Assembly (NCBI GenBank): GCA_016930595.1
Contig: JAFGGJ010000002.1
Span: forward strand, 39,698 to 103,697
From: Planctomycetota bacterium
GTDB lineage: Bacteria; Planctomycetota; SZUA-567; JAFGGJ01
Reading direction: 5' to 3'
DNA length: 64,000 bases
Part shown: piece by piece, positions 18,758 through 27,820 of the stretch
Numbering within the stretch: position 1 is the first letter of the stretch
How the letters are laid out: every line of letters begins with the position of its first letter
Program-made: the position numbers and the translations under genes
The notes under the pieces: model-generated
The model's input: the letters and a program-made list of their open reading frames with translations, nothing else
What the model was told of the DNA's origin: nothing
Databases searched by the model: none

Positions 18758-21193
18758 ATGATTACGCGTACGTCTCTCTGTGGGCGCTGGGCGCTGGGCG
18801 GGACTGACCCGGGAGCCGGGGAAAGAAGGGGCTACCAGTCCGCTCCCGCCTGGGAAGCCTTCGATGCCCTTGTCCCCGGGGCCGTTCCCAACGACCTCGT
18901 AAAGGCGGGGCTTATTCCAGATCCGCGCTGGTGCAGGAATCCCGACGACGTTTCCTGGGTGGGACGGCGTGACTGGTGGCTTTTCAGGCGGTTTATCGCT
19001 CCGCCGGGCAGGCGCCACGCGCTTGTTTTTCACGGCGTTGACACTTTTGCGGAAGTCTTTATCGATGGCGAGCACGTTGCTTCGCTCGACAACCAGTTCG
19101 TTCCTCACGAAATTGACGTGACCGACCGCGTGAAGCCGGGCGTTGAGCATTCCATAAGCGTCAAGCTGGAAGCCCCCGAGCACGCCACGGCGAGGATTGC
19201 CGGCCGCCCGCTCAGTTTCTGCAACGGCTGGTACCACAGGCTTTACGCGCGCAAGGCACAGATGTCTTACGGCTGGGACTGGGCGCGCTACGTTCCCACG
19301 CTCGGGATACTGCGCCCCGTCGAAATCATCGGCGTTGACGGCCCCTCCGTTAAAGACGTCTGGATCAGGACGGTTTCCATCGACGGCGGTTCTGCTGTCA
19401 TCGAAATAGCCGCTGCCATAGACAACCCCGGCGATGAGCACCGCGTGGAAATCGAATTCTCAGCGGCCTCCGATACCGGCTCCCGGATTGCTTTCTCCGA
19501 CCTCGTCGTCCTTCAGTCGGGCATGACGGAATATTCAACGAGGATCGAAGTGAGAACCCCCGCCCTCTGGTGGCCTCTGGGATACGGTCGCCCTGCTTTG
19601 TACCGGGGTAATTTCTCCCTGCGCCGGCAGGATTCCCCCGTCGCCTCCATGCCGGTTTCGTTCGGCATCAGGCAGGTTGAACTCGTGCTCGAAAAGGACG
19701 GGTGCCGCACCTTCTTCTTCCGCATCAACGGCAGGGACGTGTTCTGCCAGGGCGCCAATTGGGTTCCCCTCGATGTCGAATTCACCTCTTCCGCCGAAAA
19801 ATACCGCGCCGCTTTCGAAATGCTCAAACATGCCAACCTGAACATGCTCCGTGTATGGGGCGGCGGTATCATCGAAGATCCTCTCTTCTACGACCTTGCC
19901 GATTCCAACGGCGTCATGCTCTGGCACGACATGATGTTCGCGTGCGGCGAATATCCCAGGGATGACGAGTTCAGGGACAAGGTCAAGGCCGAAGTCGCCC
20001 GCATAACGGCGAACCTCAGAAACCATCCATCTGTCGTGCTCTGGTGCGGCAACAATGAGAACGCGTGGCTCGAATCCGATCATCCCCTGTATACCGTCGA
20101 CCTCCCCGACGCCGTGCGCGGCTCCGACCCGGACAGGCCTTATTGGCCTTCCAGTCCCTATTCGCCGGACGGGATGCCGCCCAACTCACAGGATGCCGGC
20201 GATTGCCACGACTGGGCCTGCTGGCATGGGGCCAGGGGCCTGCCGGCGGTGGAAGAGAATCACTGCCTGTTCCTCAGCGAATACGGGTGTCAGGCCCCGC
20301 CGGACCTTGCCACGGTCAGACGTATCATCCCGGAACAGGACATCGGCCGCCTGGGTCCTTCATGGTCGCTCCGCATGGGCGTCGTTGAACTGCTCGCCTG
20401 CGTCGGTGCCCCCTGGATCGGCCACGCCCCCCGCGATATGCACCGGATGCTGAAAGCCATGTGGTGCGCCCAGCGTGAAATCGACTGCCGCGCCTACTAC
20501 CTGCATCGTTCCCGGATGCTTCGTGCCGACGGCGGTTCCGGCGGCGTCCTTGTCTGGGCGTTCGGCGAAGCCTGGCCCGCAGTCAACTGGTCCATCCTGG
20601 ACTATCTCATGCACCCCAAGGCCGCGTATTATGGTATCCGGCGCGCCTGCCGTTCCGTTTCCATGACCCACGTCGTCGACGGCGGCTCCGTAAGGACCAC
20701 CCTCAGCAACCAGTCTTCTGAAACCGTCCGGGGAGTCATGACTGTAAGGCTGTGCGATCTGAGCGGTGCCGCCCTTGCCGAAGCTTCCGCGGAAGTCGCG
20801 GCTTCACCGATGAGCGTCGCCGGAGGGCCCCGGCTGGATAACCCGGCCGGCGCGGTTGTCAGCGTTTTCTCTTTTGCTGTCGATGGAGCGGCCGTTAGCG
20901 ATCTTCAGTGGCTCGTGCCCGTGGCGACACAGGATCTCCCCGACGCTTCCCTCGCCGCAGAATGGCTGGACGACTTCACTCTCTCGGTTCGGAATGACGG
21001 CGGCTGCATCGCGAGAATGGTCCAGGTCCGGGACGAAGTCGGGTGCGGCGTGCTCTGGAACGACGATTCTTTCGATCTGCTGCCGGGTGAAGGTCGCTTT
21101 CTCGCGGGCCGTCTAATACCGGGGATGGCGCCTTATCGCCGTTCCCCGGTCCTGGTGTCAGCCGAGAACTGCGGGATGCGGAGGGTGACTTGA
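18758..21193 (+). CDS. GH2 beta-mannosidase-like glycoside hydrolase
   Basis: RKAQMSYGWDW, GANWVP, MLRVWGGG, WCGNNE, SEYG. Confidence 0.9.
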   Translation: MITRTSLCGRWALGGTDPGAGERRGYQSAPAWEAFDALVPGAVPNDLVKAGLIPDPRWCRNPDDVSWVGRRDWWLFRRFIAPPGRRHALVFHGVDTFAEVFIDGEHVASLDNQFVPHEIDVTDRVKPGVEHSISVKLEAPEHATARIAGRPLSFCNGWYHRLYARKAQMSYGWDWARYVPTLGILRPVEIIGVDGPSVKDVWIRTVSIDGGSAVIEIAAAIDNPGDEHRVEIEFSAASDTGSRIAFSDLVVLQSGMTEYSTRIEVRTPALWWPLGYGRPALYRGNFSLRRQDSPVASMPVSFGIRQVELVLEKDGCRTFFFRINGRDVFCQGANWVPLDVEFTSSAEKYRAAFEMLKHANLNMLRVWGGGIIEDPLFYDLADSNGVMLWHDMMFACGEYPRDDEFRDKVKAEVARITANLRNHPSVVLWCGNNENAWLESDHPLYTVDLPDAVRGSDPDRPYWPSSPYSPDGMPPNSQDAGDCHDWACWHGARGLPAVEENHCLFLSEYGCQAPPDLATVRRIIPEQDIGRLGPSWSLRMGVVELLACVGAPWIGHAPRDMHRMLKAMWCAQREIDCRAYYLHRSRMLRADGGSGGVLVWAFGEAWPAVNWSILDYLMHPKAAYYGIRRACRSVSMTHVVDGGSVRTTLSNQSSETVRGVMTVRLCDLSGAALAEASAEVAASPMSVAGGPRLDNPAGAVVSVFSFAVDGAAVSDLQWLVPVATQDLPDASLAAEWLDDFTLSVRNDGGCIARMVQVRDEVGCGVLWNDDSFDLLPGEGRFLAGRLIPGMAPYRRSPVLVSAENCGMRRVT

Positions 21194-23175
21194 CTGTTGC
21201 ACGCGGCAGGTTGTGCATGGCAGGGTTTTTCCCCCTGGTAGTCTCTGCCTTCTTCCTGTTCCCGCAGGGTTGCGGCGGGCCACGAACGCGCCCCGCCGGG
21301 CCCGATACCGCCGAACTCGTACGGCTAAAAATGGCCGTCATCGGTAAGACCCTGGACGGCAATACCCTTGCCGAAAATGATCCCGCCTATATCAGCCCGC
21401 AGGACGCCCGCAGAAAGCTCGCGGAACTCCTGGGCGCACAGTCTCCTCCCGCGGGAGAACGGGAGGATCCCTCCCAACGGCAGCCCCTTCCCGAACCCTA
21501 TACGCCTCCTCCTGTTATCGATCTTGCCAGGTCCGCGCCCGTAAGGATCTCGGTCGCGGATGCTTCCGGCAGGTCGTGCCCCTTTCTTCTCAATGTCCAG
21601 GCTGCAGGTATGAATATCCTGCCGGGCCCTTCCGGTCATGGCGAGTACCACCGGGGGGCACACAGCTTCAGAGTGCCCGTGGGGCCCGTCCGTATCGAAG
21701 TCCGCGGGGGGCATTTCCGCCGGACTTTCGTATCCGAAGCGGTCGTCAAGCCGGGCGGCAGTCTCAAGTTGCGCGCTCGTCTTGAAAGCGGTCTCCTCAC
21801 GACCATCACCCGGCAGGGGTTTTCTCCCGCAAGGCTTCTTTTCCTTGGCGACGCTTCGGAGCGCTCCACCGATCTAGGGTCCATCGAACGGGTGTGGCAG
21901 ACGGCGATCCTGGCCGCGGAGCCGGGGGCGGGCGGCGACACGCTCACCGGTGCGGTCGCACCCTCCTGGCCGGGCTACGGTCGCCACCTTCTGCTCGGTG
22001 GCGACGGCCTTGCGGATATCTCCCGCACCTGGCGCAGTTCTGCCGGCAGCATGCCCGGCGGTCCTTTCCTGTCGGACAGCTCCGTTGCCTGGTCCGCCGT
22101 CATACTGCCCGGCTCCGGATCCCGCATGTTCAGTCCCAAGCGGGCCTACCTGCTCTGGCACGGCCTGAAAGAACGCTTCCCCACCGCCGGCCTTTTCGAA
22201 GAACTCCTCCCCGCGGAACTCCCGGTTCTCTACTCGGCCGGCCTTTCCAGGGCAGTGTGCGTCCCTCCCACGCCCGAAGGGCTCGGTCTTTTCGCACGCC
22301 TGTCTTCCGTCTACCCGGAATTGCTCCCCGCTCCGCCCGCTCCGTTGCCGGGCGAAGCTTTCCCCAATGTCCTTGTCTGGGGCCGGCCCGAATCCCCGGC
22401 CGACGCGCTCGATATCCTGAACAAGGGCGCATATTCCGTCTGCCACGGCATTTTCATCACCGCCTTGCTGGGCGGTCAGCCCCCTGGACCCGTGGAACCC
22501 CCCGCCGCGGGTACGCCTCTCTGGTTCGATATCAACGTCCTTACCGCAGCCCTGTCCGGTGCAGCCATCGATGAAGTCCTCGTGTACCGCAATTCCGAAG
22601 TCATCCATCGTGAACGGGGCCATCCCAACCAGACCAGCATGCGCATTACGGTTCCGGTTGCGGACCCAGGGCCCGCAAGGTATTGGGTGGCCGCCATGGG
22701 TCATGCCGCGGAATCCCCCCGCCTTCCCGTGCCGGGCGCAGCCCCCCGGGCTTTCCGGGATAACCTGCTCCTCGGCCTCACGGCCCCTTTTTCCCTCGGG
22801 CGCCCCGGCAGCCTCCTTCCACAGCCCCTGCAGGTCGTTGTCACGGTAAAGGACCTTGCTGGAAATCCGGTCAGGGATGCCGAGATCGTTGGTGGGGCGC
22901 AATCCGTCCGGACGGCCGCTGACGGCAGGGCTTCCGTCTTGTGGGCGCCGGGAAACAGGCTGCAGGTCCGTTGCGGTGATACCCTTACTCCCGTGGAGCC
23001 CTTTTTTGCGCCCGAGCTCTTCGAGCTTTACCAGGCCGCACACAGCGGCTCGATCGACTGGTCCGGCCCGGAATATGCCAACCGCGTCCGGACCGTGCTT
23101 GCTTCCAGGGCGTTCTCTGTAAGGCTTCCGCTTCGTCTCGAACAGGCTCAGAACCGCCCCTCAAAAACCCCTTGA
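21190..23175 (+). CDS. hypothetical exported protein or lipoprotein
   Basis: 661-aa ORF coupled to the GH2 stop; hydrophobic N-terminus ending QGC; Ig/beta-sandwich-like segments (VRISVADASG, VVVTVKDLAGNPV). Confidence 0.65.
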   Translation: MTVARGRLCMAGFFPLVVSAFFLFPQGCGGPRTRPAGPDTAELVRLKMAVIGKTLDGNTLAENDPAYISPQDARRKLAELLGAQSPPAGEREDPSQRQPLPEPYTPPPVIDLARSAPVRISVADASGRSCPFLLNVQAAGMNILPGPSGHGEYHRGAHSFRVPVGPVRIEVRGGHFRRTFVSEAVVKPGGSLKLRARLESGLLTTITRQGFSPARLLFLGDASERSTDLGSIERVWQTAILAAEPGAGGDTLTGAVAPSWPGYGRHLLLGGDGLADISRTWRSSAGSMPGGPFLSDSSVAWSAVILPGSGSRMFSPKRAYLLWHGLKERFPTAGLFEELLPAELPVLYSAGLSRAVCVPPTPEGLGLFARLSSVYPELLPAPPAPLPGEAFPNVLVWGRPESPADALDILNKGAYSVCHGIFITALLGGQPPGPVEPPAAGTPLWFDINVLTAALSGAAIDEVLVYRNSEVIHRERGHPNQTSMRITVPVADPGPARYWVAAMGHAAESPRLPVPGAAPRAFRDNLLLGLTAPFSLGRPGSLLPQPLQVVVTVKDLAGNPVRDAEIVGGAQSVRTAADGRASVLWAPGNRLQVRCGDTLTPVEPFFAPELFELYQAAHSGSIDWSGPEYANRVRTVLASRAFSVRLPLRLEQAQNRPSKTP

Positions 23176-23200
23176 CACGTTTCTCAGGCTCCCCTATAAT
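23172..23200 (+). promoter_or_regulatory. perfect-consensus sigma70 promoter
   Basis: TTGACA (23172-23177), 17 nt, TATAAT (23195-23200). Confidence 0.85.
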
Positions 23201-23247
23201 CTCAAAACCTGTGCTGGTGGTATTTTGGGCTTTCGGAAGGAGTGTTC

Positions 23248-23907
23248 ATGGGTGAGCCTGAGGATAGAAGCCTCGGCAGACTCCTCGTTGACGCCGGCCT
23301 CATTACGCCCAAACAGCTCGAAGAAGCTCTGGCCTACCAGAAATCCATAGGCGGCAGGCTGGGGCGTATCCTCGTCAAGCTCGGCGCACTTATGGAAGAC
23401 AAACTCCTCCAGTTCGTCGCTGACCAGCAGGGCCTCGAAGTCATCAGCCTCAAGGGCTGGGAGCCCGATACCAAGCTTCTCAGCCTTGCTCCGCGGGATT
23501 TCTGGGAAAACCACGGCATTCTCCCCTATGCCGTTGAACATTCCACCCTCAAGGTCGCCATGAGCGACGCCAGCGATATCCCTGCCATCGATGACCTCCG
23601 CTTCACGACTTCCCTGGAAGTCGTCCCTGTCCTCGCCAGCGAACGCGAGCTTCAGACCCTCATCAACAAGCATTTCTATAAGGACGGCGAAGCCGCGTCC
23701 AGAAAACGCGCCCCCAGAGTCGATGTGCGCGATATCGCCAGGGAAGTCGAAGCAAGAGGCGCTGTTCGTGGTGAACGTGAACACATGCTTGCCGATTTGC
23801 TCAACACCAACCCGGCTCGTCTGGTCAAGGCCATGGCCTCCCTCCTTGTCAAGAAGGGCGTCCTGGACCCCGAAGACCTCTCAAGCGAGCTTGAAGAGAC
23901 TACTTGA
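23248..23907 (+). CDS. stand-alone MshEN/GspE-PilB N-terminal domain protein, no ATPase
   Basis: Two MshEN-type motifs SLGRLLVDAGLITPKQLEEALAYQ and RLGRILVKLG; LKVAMSD; C-terminal LLVKKGVL. Confidence 0.85.
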   Translation: MGEPEDRSLGRLLVDAGLITPKQLEEALAYQKSIGGRLGRILVKLGALMEDKLLQFVADQQGLEVISLKGWEPDTKLLSLAPRDFWENHGILPYAVEHSTLKVAMSDASDIPAIDDLRFTTSLEVVPVLASERELQTLINKHFYKDGEAASRKRAPRVDVRDIAREVEARGAVRGEREHMLADLLNTNPARLVKAMASLLVKKGVLDPEDLSSELEETT

Positions 23908-23927
23908 ACCGCTGATGGAGTGCTCGG

Positions 23928-24947
23928 ATGAAAACCGTCTCCTTTGAGCAGCTCTTGCAGGAAATAAACCAGGCGGTAGGGCCTTCCCCGCCGGGCGCCA
24001 GGCCCGTGCTTGAAGCCGCCGTCGAGCAGATTCGTGGCCACCTTGCCGCAGGTGAACCCGTCGAGCTTGCTTCCGATATCACGGTTCAGCCTTCCGCCGG
24101 CGTCGCCGTCGCAGAAGCGGCCGAAGGCAAGGTCTATAAGATCCTGCTCGTTGTCGGCGCCGTCGATTTCTTCACCAATACCATGGTCCAGCGCCTTACC
24201 GGCCCCCTTACCACCGTTGCCGTTGCTGAAGGTCCGGATGCCGCATGGAAAAAAGTTGAGTCCGACGATCCGGACCTCGTTATCATCGACAGTACCGTTG
24301 AACAGCCCCGCTCCCTGGTCTCCAGGATCAAGGAAACTCTCGGCACCAGCCTTATCGCCGTTCTCCTCATCTACCCCGAAGGCGCCGATCCGAACGCCGT
24401 GGCCGGCCTCAAGGCCTGTGAAGACGAAAGCCTCGTCGAGCCCTTTGAACTCGATGAGCTCGTTGGTCTTGTCGAAGATGAGCTTACGCGCAAGGAAGAA
24501 GAAGAAGCCTTCTTCGACCATGAAATACATTTCCAGCTCCAGACCGCCGAACAGCACGTTGAACAGGCCAACGACCTTATCGCACGCCTCGTCGACCAGG
24601 TGAAGATGTCTGACGAGAGCAAGGCCGCCGTCAGCGTCGCTTTTCGCGAAGCTATCGATAATGCCGCCAGGCACGGTAATAAAAATCAGGAAAACCGTAT
24701 CATTGACGTCATTTACCTGCTGGACAAGGAAAAGGCCACCATTACCGTTGAAGATGAGGGCGACGGTTTCGATACCGAAATGTTCATCACTCGCGGCCGC
24801 GAAGGTAACGCCGTCGCAGCCGCACGCGAAAGAAATCAGGCTGGCCGCGTCGGTGGTCTCGGTATCATGCTGATGCTCAAGTGTCTCGATGATCTTGAGT
24901 ATAACGCCGTGGGCAACCTCATAAAGCTTACGAAGTTTGTGGCGTGA
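23928..24947 (+). CDS. HU-like N-terminus plus atypical receiver plus RsbW/SpoIIAB-type anti-sigma kinase
   Basis: REC-like PDLVIID...VEPF; HATPase N box EAIDNAARHG, DEGDGFD, GGLGI, GN. Confidence 0.85.
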   Translation: MKTVSFEQLLQEINQAVGPSPPGARPVLEAAVEQIRGHLAAGEPVELASDITVQPSAGVAVAEAAEGKVYKILLVVGAVDFFTNTMVQRLTGPLTTVAVAEGPDAAWKKVESDDPDLVIIDSTVEQPRSLVSRIKETLGTSLIAVLLIYPEGADPNAVAGLKACEDESLVEPFELDELVGLVEDELTRKEEEEAFFDHEIHFQLQTAEQHVEQANDLIARLVDQVKMSDESKAAVSVAFREAIDNAARHGNKNQENRIIDVIYLLDKEKATITVEDEGDGFDTEMFITRGREGNAVAAARERNQAGRVGGLGIMLMLKCLDDLEYNAVGNLIKLTKFVA

Positions 24948-24969
24948 CCCCTCAGGAAGGACTTGCACA

Positions 24970-25974
24970 ATGGCTGCCATAGATTTCAAGGTCCGGAATG
25001 TCAAGAGCCCTGAGGGCGCTGCTGCCGCCGTTGCAGAAGTTACCGGCTCCATCGACGCTACTACCATCAACCAGTTCCAGACTATCATGGATAAGCTGGT
25101 GCAGAAGGGCGTCAAGAACCTCATGCTCGATTGCACCAATATCAAGTATATCAACTCCACGGGCCTTGGCACCCTCCTCAAGTACGTCGATACCTTCTCC
25201 GGTGTCGGCGGCAACCTGGTCTTCATTCGCGTGCCCAGCAAAGTCATGCTTGTCATGGAAATGCTCGGCTTCAACGCTCTCTTCAATATCTATGAAGAAG
25301 AAGACGATGCCCTCCAGTTCCTCGGTGCGAGCGGCGCCGTAGAGGAAGCCCCCGCCGAAGCCGTTGCCCCCGAAATGCCTTCCCTCCAGACCCCCGTCCC
25401 GGGGCCCGCTCCCGTTTCTCCCATCGCACCCGCACCCGCCCCGGTGGCCGCCGCTCCTCCGGCCGCCGTCCCCGCCAGGAAAGTTTCTTTTCCCCTCGAA
25501 GCCGAATGCTCGCGGTGCGGCCAGAAACTTGAAATACCCGGCGAAGGCACTTTCCGTTGCCCGCGCTGCGCCCAGATGTGCGCCGTCAACGGCTCCGGCT
25601 CCGTTGAATTCCCTGCCACAAGGCTTCCTGCGCCCGTAGAAGTCTCCGTCCCGGCCACCGCCGGCTTCGCAGGCGTAGTCGCCGCACTGGCGGAAGGGCT
25701 CGCCATTACCATCGGTCTCAACTCCGACAAGTCCCAGCAGATTCGTGAAGATATCGGCGGCATCATCTCCGCCATGGTTGAAAACTCCTACAGCGGCGAC
25801 GCCACCAGTGCCATCAATATCCTTCTCATGCCCAGCGAAACCGGCCTCCGTTCCGAAATCGTCGATAACGGCTCCGGCACGGATCTCAGCTCCATGCAGA
25901 CCGGCGCCGATGATGTCAGGGTTACGCCGCATCCTGTCAAGGGCAGTGTTTACGCCTTGCTCTACAACAAGTAG
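24970..25974 (+). CDS. STAS anti-anti-sigma factor plus Pro linker, Zn ribbon and degenerate RsbW-like domain
   Basis: GSIDA, LDCTNIKYINSTGLG (STAS phospho-Ser motif); CSRC...CPRC; C-terminal VENSY...IVDNGSG. Confidence 0.85.
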   Translation: MAAIDFKVRNVKSPEGAAAAVAEVTGSIDATTINQFQTIMDKLVQKGVKNLMLDCTNIKYINSTGLGTLLKYVDTFSGVGGNLVFIRVPSKVMLVMEMLGFNALFNIYEEEDDALQFLGASGAVEEAPAEAVAPEMPSLQTPVPGPAPVSPIAPAPAPVAAAPPAAVPARKVSFPLEAECSRCGQKLEIPGEGTFRCPRCAQMCAVNGSGSVEFPATRLPAPVEVSVPATAGFAGVVAALAEGLAITIGLNSDKSQQIREDIGGIISAMVENSYSGDATSAINILLMPSETGLRSEIVDNGSGTDLSSMQTGADDVRVTPHPVKGSVYALLYNK

Positions 25975-25992
25975 GCTTTCGGGAGATTGTGA

Positions 25993-27459
25993 ATGACACC
26001 TGCACCAAGTTCCCGCAGCGGTCGCGGAAAGCCCATCGGTGAAATCCTTCTCGAAAACGGCGCCATTCAGCCCGAACAGCTCGCCCGCGCCATCGCCGAA
26101 CAGAACGGTTCCTACGACCTCATCGGCCGTATCCTGATTAAGCAGGGCGCCTGCGGCCAAGCGGCTATCCTGGCGGCCCTTCAGGCCCAGTATCGTGTTA
26201 CCAACGTCGAGATCACCCGCGTCCCGCTCGATTCGGAAGCCATCTCCAAGGTCACTAAGGATATCTGTGAAAAAGGCCGCCTTATCCCCTTTGACCTCAT
26301 CGGAAGCACTATTTGTGTCGCCATGACGAACGTGCTGAACCGTAAGGGCATTAGCGCCGTCGAAGAAGCCAGTGATTGCAAGGTCAAGGCTTTCTCAGCC
26401 TCGTGGGTCGACATCAAGAAAGTTATCAAGGCTTACTTTGACGAAAGCGGCAAGGGTGTTCAGATATCTCAGCACGCCGACGGCGATGCCTTCGACCTCG
26501 TGGACGCGCCCGTCGCCGATTCGGAACCTTCCGTTGCTGCCGCCCCCGCTCCGCCGCCGCCCGCTGCTCCGCCTCCAGCGGCCAAGCCTGCCCCGGTTTC
26601 CGCTGCCCCGCCCCCCCCTCCGCCTCCAGTTGCTCCGCCCGCCCCTGCTCCGTCACCGGAAGCCGATGTTGCCGTCGTTCCTTTTGGCGGAAGCGGTGCC
26701 GGCAAGAAAAAGAAAAAACGCTCCGGCAAGCGCGATACCATGCGCATGCTCAAGGCCCAATTGATGAAGGACAAGGGCGAAGCCCCCAAGGCCGAAAAGC
26801 CCCAGCCGCCGTCCGCTCCTCCCAAGGAAGATATTGTCGTTCCCGCTGCTCCTCCCCCGCCTCCGCCGGTCTCCGCTCCCGCTCCTGTTGCCGAAGAGCC
26901 CGCTGCCGATGTGCCCGCTGGCGCCAAGCTCTCCGGTAGCGTCGTCTACCAGCCCGTTCCCGAATGGAGCGCCTACGGGGCGCCGCCCGCCGAAGGACTC
27001 GTGCCTTCCAGGCCTGCCTCGGATGACGCTGAGCCCGCTATAGTAAAGAAGCTTCGCGAAACCGGCCACAAGGGTTCCGCCGACCATGAAGTTCTTGATG
27101 CTCTGCCCGTCGGCGAGCTCTTTGCCCCGTCCCTGGACGACTACAAAGTCACGGTTTCCGCCCTCGCCGCCCTTGAAGATGTCGTCATCGAAGAAGAACC
27201 TCTGGCGCCGCCTGAGCCCGAACCAGCCCCCGAACCCGAACCGCTGGAACTCAAACCTGCTCCCACTCCCCAGCCGGCCGCCCCCATGCCCACCATTGAA
27301 GCTCCGGTGGTTTCCGCAAGCCCCAAGATCCGGGCCGCCATCGCCGTTTCGCAGCAGGAATCCGTCGCGCTGGCGCCGCGTGAAGGCGAAGACCGCGAAG
27401 CCTCTTTCCGCTCCAGGTTCCTCTCTTCCAGGGTCGTCAAGGCCGTGGCGGTCGAATAA
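25993..27459 (+). CDS. MshEN/GspE N-terminal domain protein with long Pro-rich tail, no ATPase
   Basis: PIGEILLENGAI...LARAIAEQ, LIGRILIKQG, LIPF, VAMTN; the rest is Pro/Ala/Glu low-complexity with a KKKKKR patch. Confidence 0.8.
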   Translation: MTPAPSSRSGRGKPIGEILLENGAIQPEQLARAIAEQNGSYDLIGRILIKQGACGQAAILAALQAQYRVTNVEITRVPLDSEAISKVTKDICEKGRLIPFDLIGSTICVAMTNVLNRKGISAVEEASDCKVKAFSASWVDIKKVIKAYFDESGKGVQISQHADGDAFDLVDAPVADSEPSVAAAPAPPPPAAPPPAAKPAPVSAAPPPPPPPVAPPAPAPSPEADVAVVPFGGSGAGKKKKKRSGKRDTMRMLKAQLMKDKGEAPKAEKPQPPSAPPKEDIVVPAAPPPPPPVSAPAPVAEEPAADVPAGAKLSGSVVYQPVPEWSAYGAPPAEGLVPSRPASDDAEPAIVKKLRETGHKGSADHEVLDALPVGELFAPSLDDYKVTVSALAALEDVVIEEEPLAPPEPEPAPEPEPLELKPAPTPQPAAPMPTIEAPVVSASPKIRAAIAVSQQESVALAPREGEDREASFRSRFLSSRVVKAVAVE

Positions 27460-27475
27460 CCTTTCCCCGTTCCGC

Positions 27476-27504
27476 TTGACCACTCACGCCTTTTGTGTTA
27501 TATT
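27476..27504 (+). promoter_or_regulatory. sigma70 promoter of the tRNA pair
   Basis: TTGACC-17 nt-TATATT with extended -10 TG. Confidence 0.75.
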
Positions 27505-27531
27505 CTTTCTGCTTTCCATTAGATGCAAGGC

Positions 27532-27605
27532 TGCCCTGTCGTCTAATGGTAGGACGCCTGACTCTGGATCAGGTAGTCTACGTTCGAATCGTAGCAGGGC
27601 AGCCA
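27532..27605 (+). tRNA. tRNA-Gln (anticodon CTG)
   Basis: Acceptor TGCCCTG/CAGGGCA; anticodon stem CCTGA/TCAGG with loop CTCTGGA; T arm CTACG-TTCGAAT-CGTAG; encoded CCA. Confidence 0.96.
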
Positions 27606-27618
27606 GTAATGCCCGGGT

Positions 27619-27696
27619 GTCCCCATCGTCTAGCCCGGCCCAGGACGGTAGGTTCTCAGCCTACAAACCGGGGTTCGAATCCCCGTGGGGATACCA
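27619..27696 (+). tRNA. tRNA-Glu (anticodon CTC)
   Basis: Acceptor GTCCCCA/TGGGGAT; anticodon stem GTAGG/CCTAC with loop TTCTCAG; T arm CGGGG-TTCGAAT-CCCCG; encoded CCA. Confidence 0.95.
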
Positions 27697-27820
27697 TTCC
27701 TTTCAGCAGCTCCTGCCTTTTTGGGAATTTTCCACGGTTAGCCGTTGTGAATGATCTCCAAGACCCTATCATGCCGCGCGAGGCCGCGGCATGTTCGGCC
27801 TTACGGCAGGAGACCTGGAC

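Noticed and set aside
26520-27300. Apparent tandem DNA repeats or CRISPR-like pattern
   Set aside because: Pro/Ala codon runs in a low-complexity linker, with no fixed repeat-spacer period.
23248-27459. Pseudogenised pilB/gspE ATPases
   Set aside because: No Walker motifs in any frame, and both ORFs end cleanly with their own C-terminal segments, so they are stand-alone MshEN proteins.
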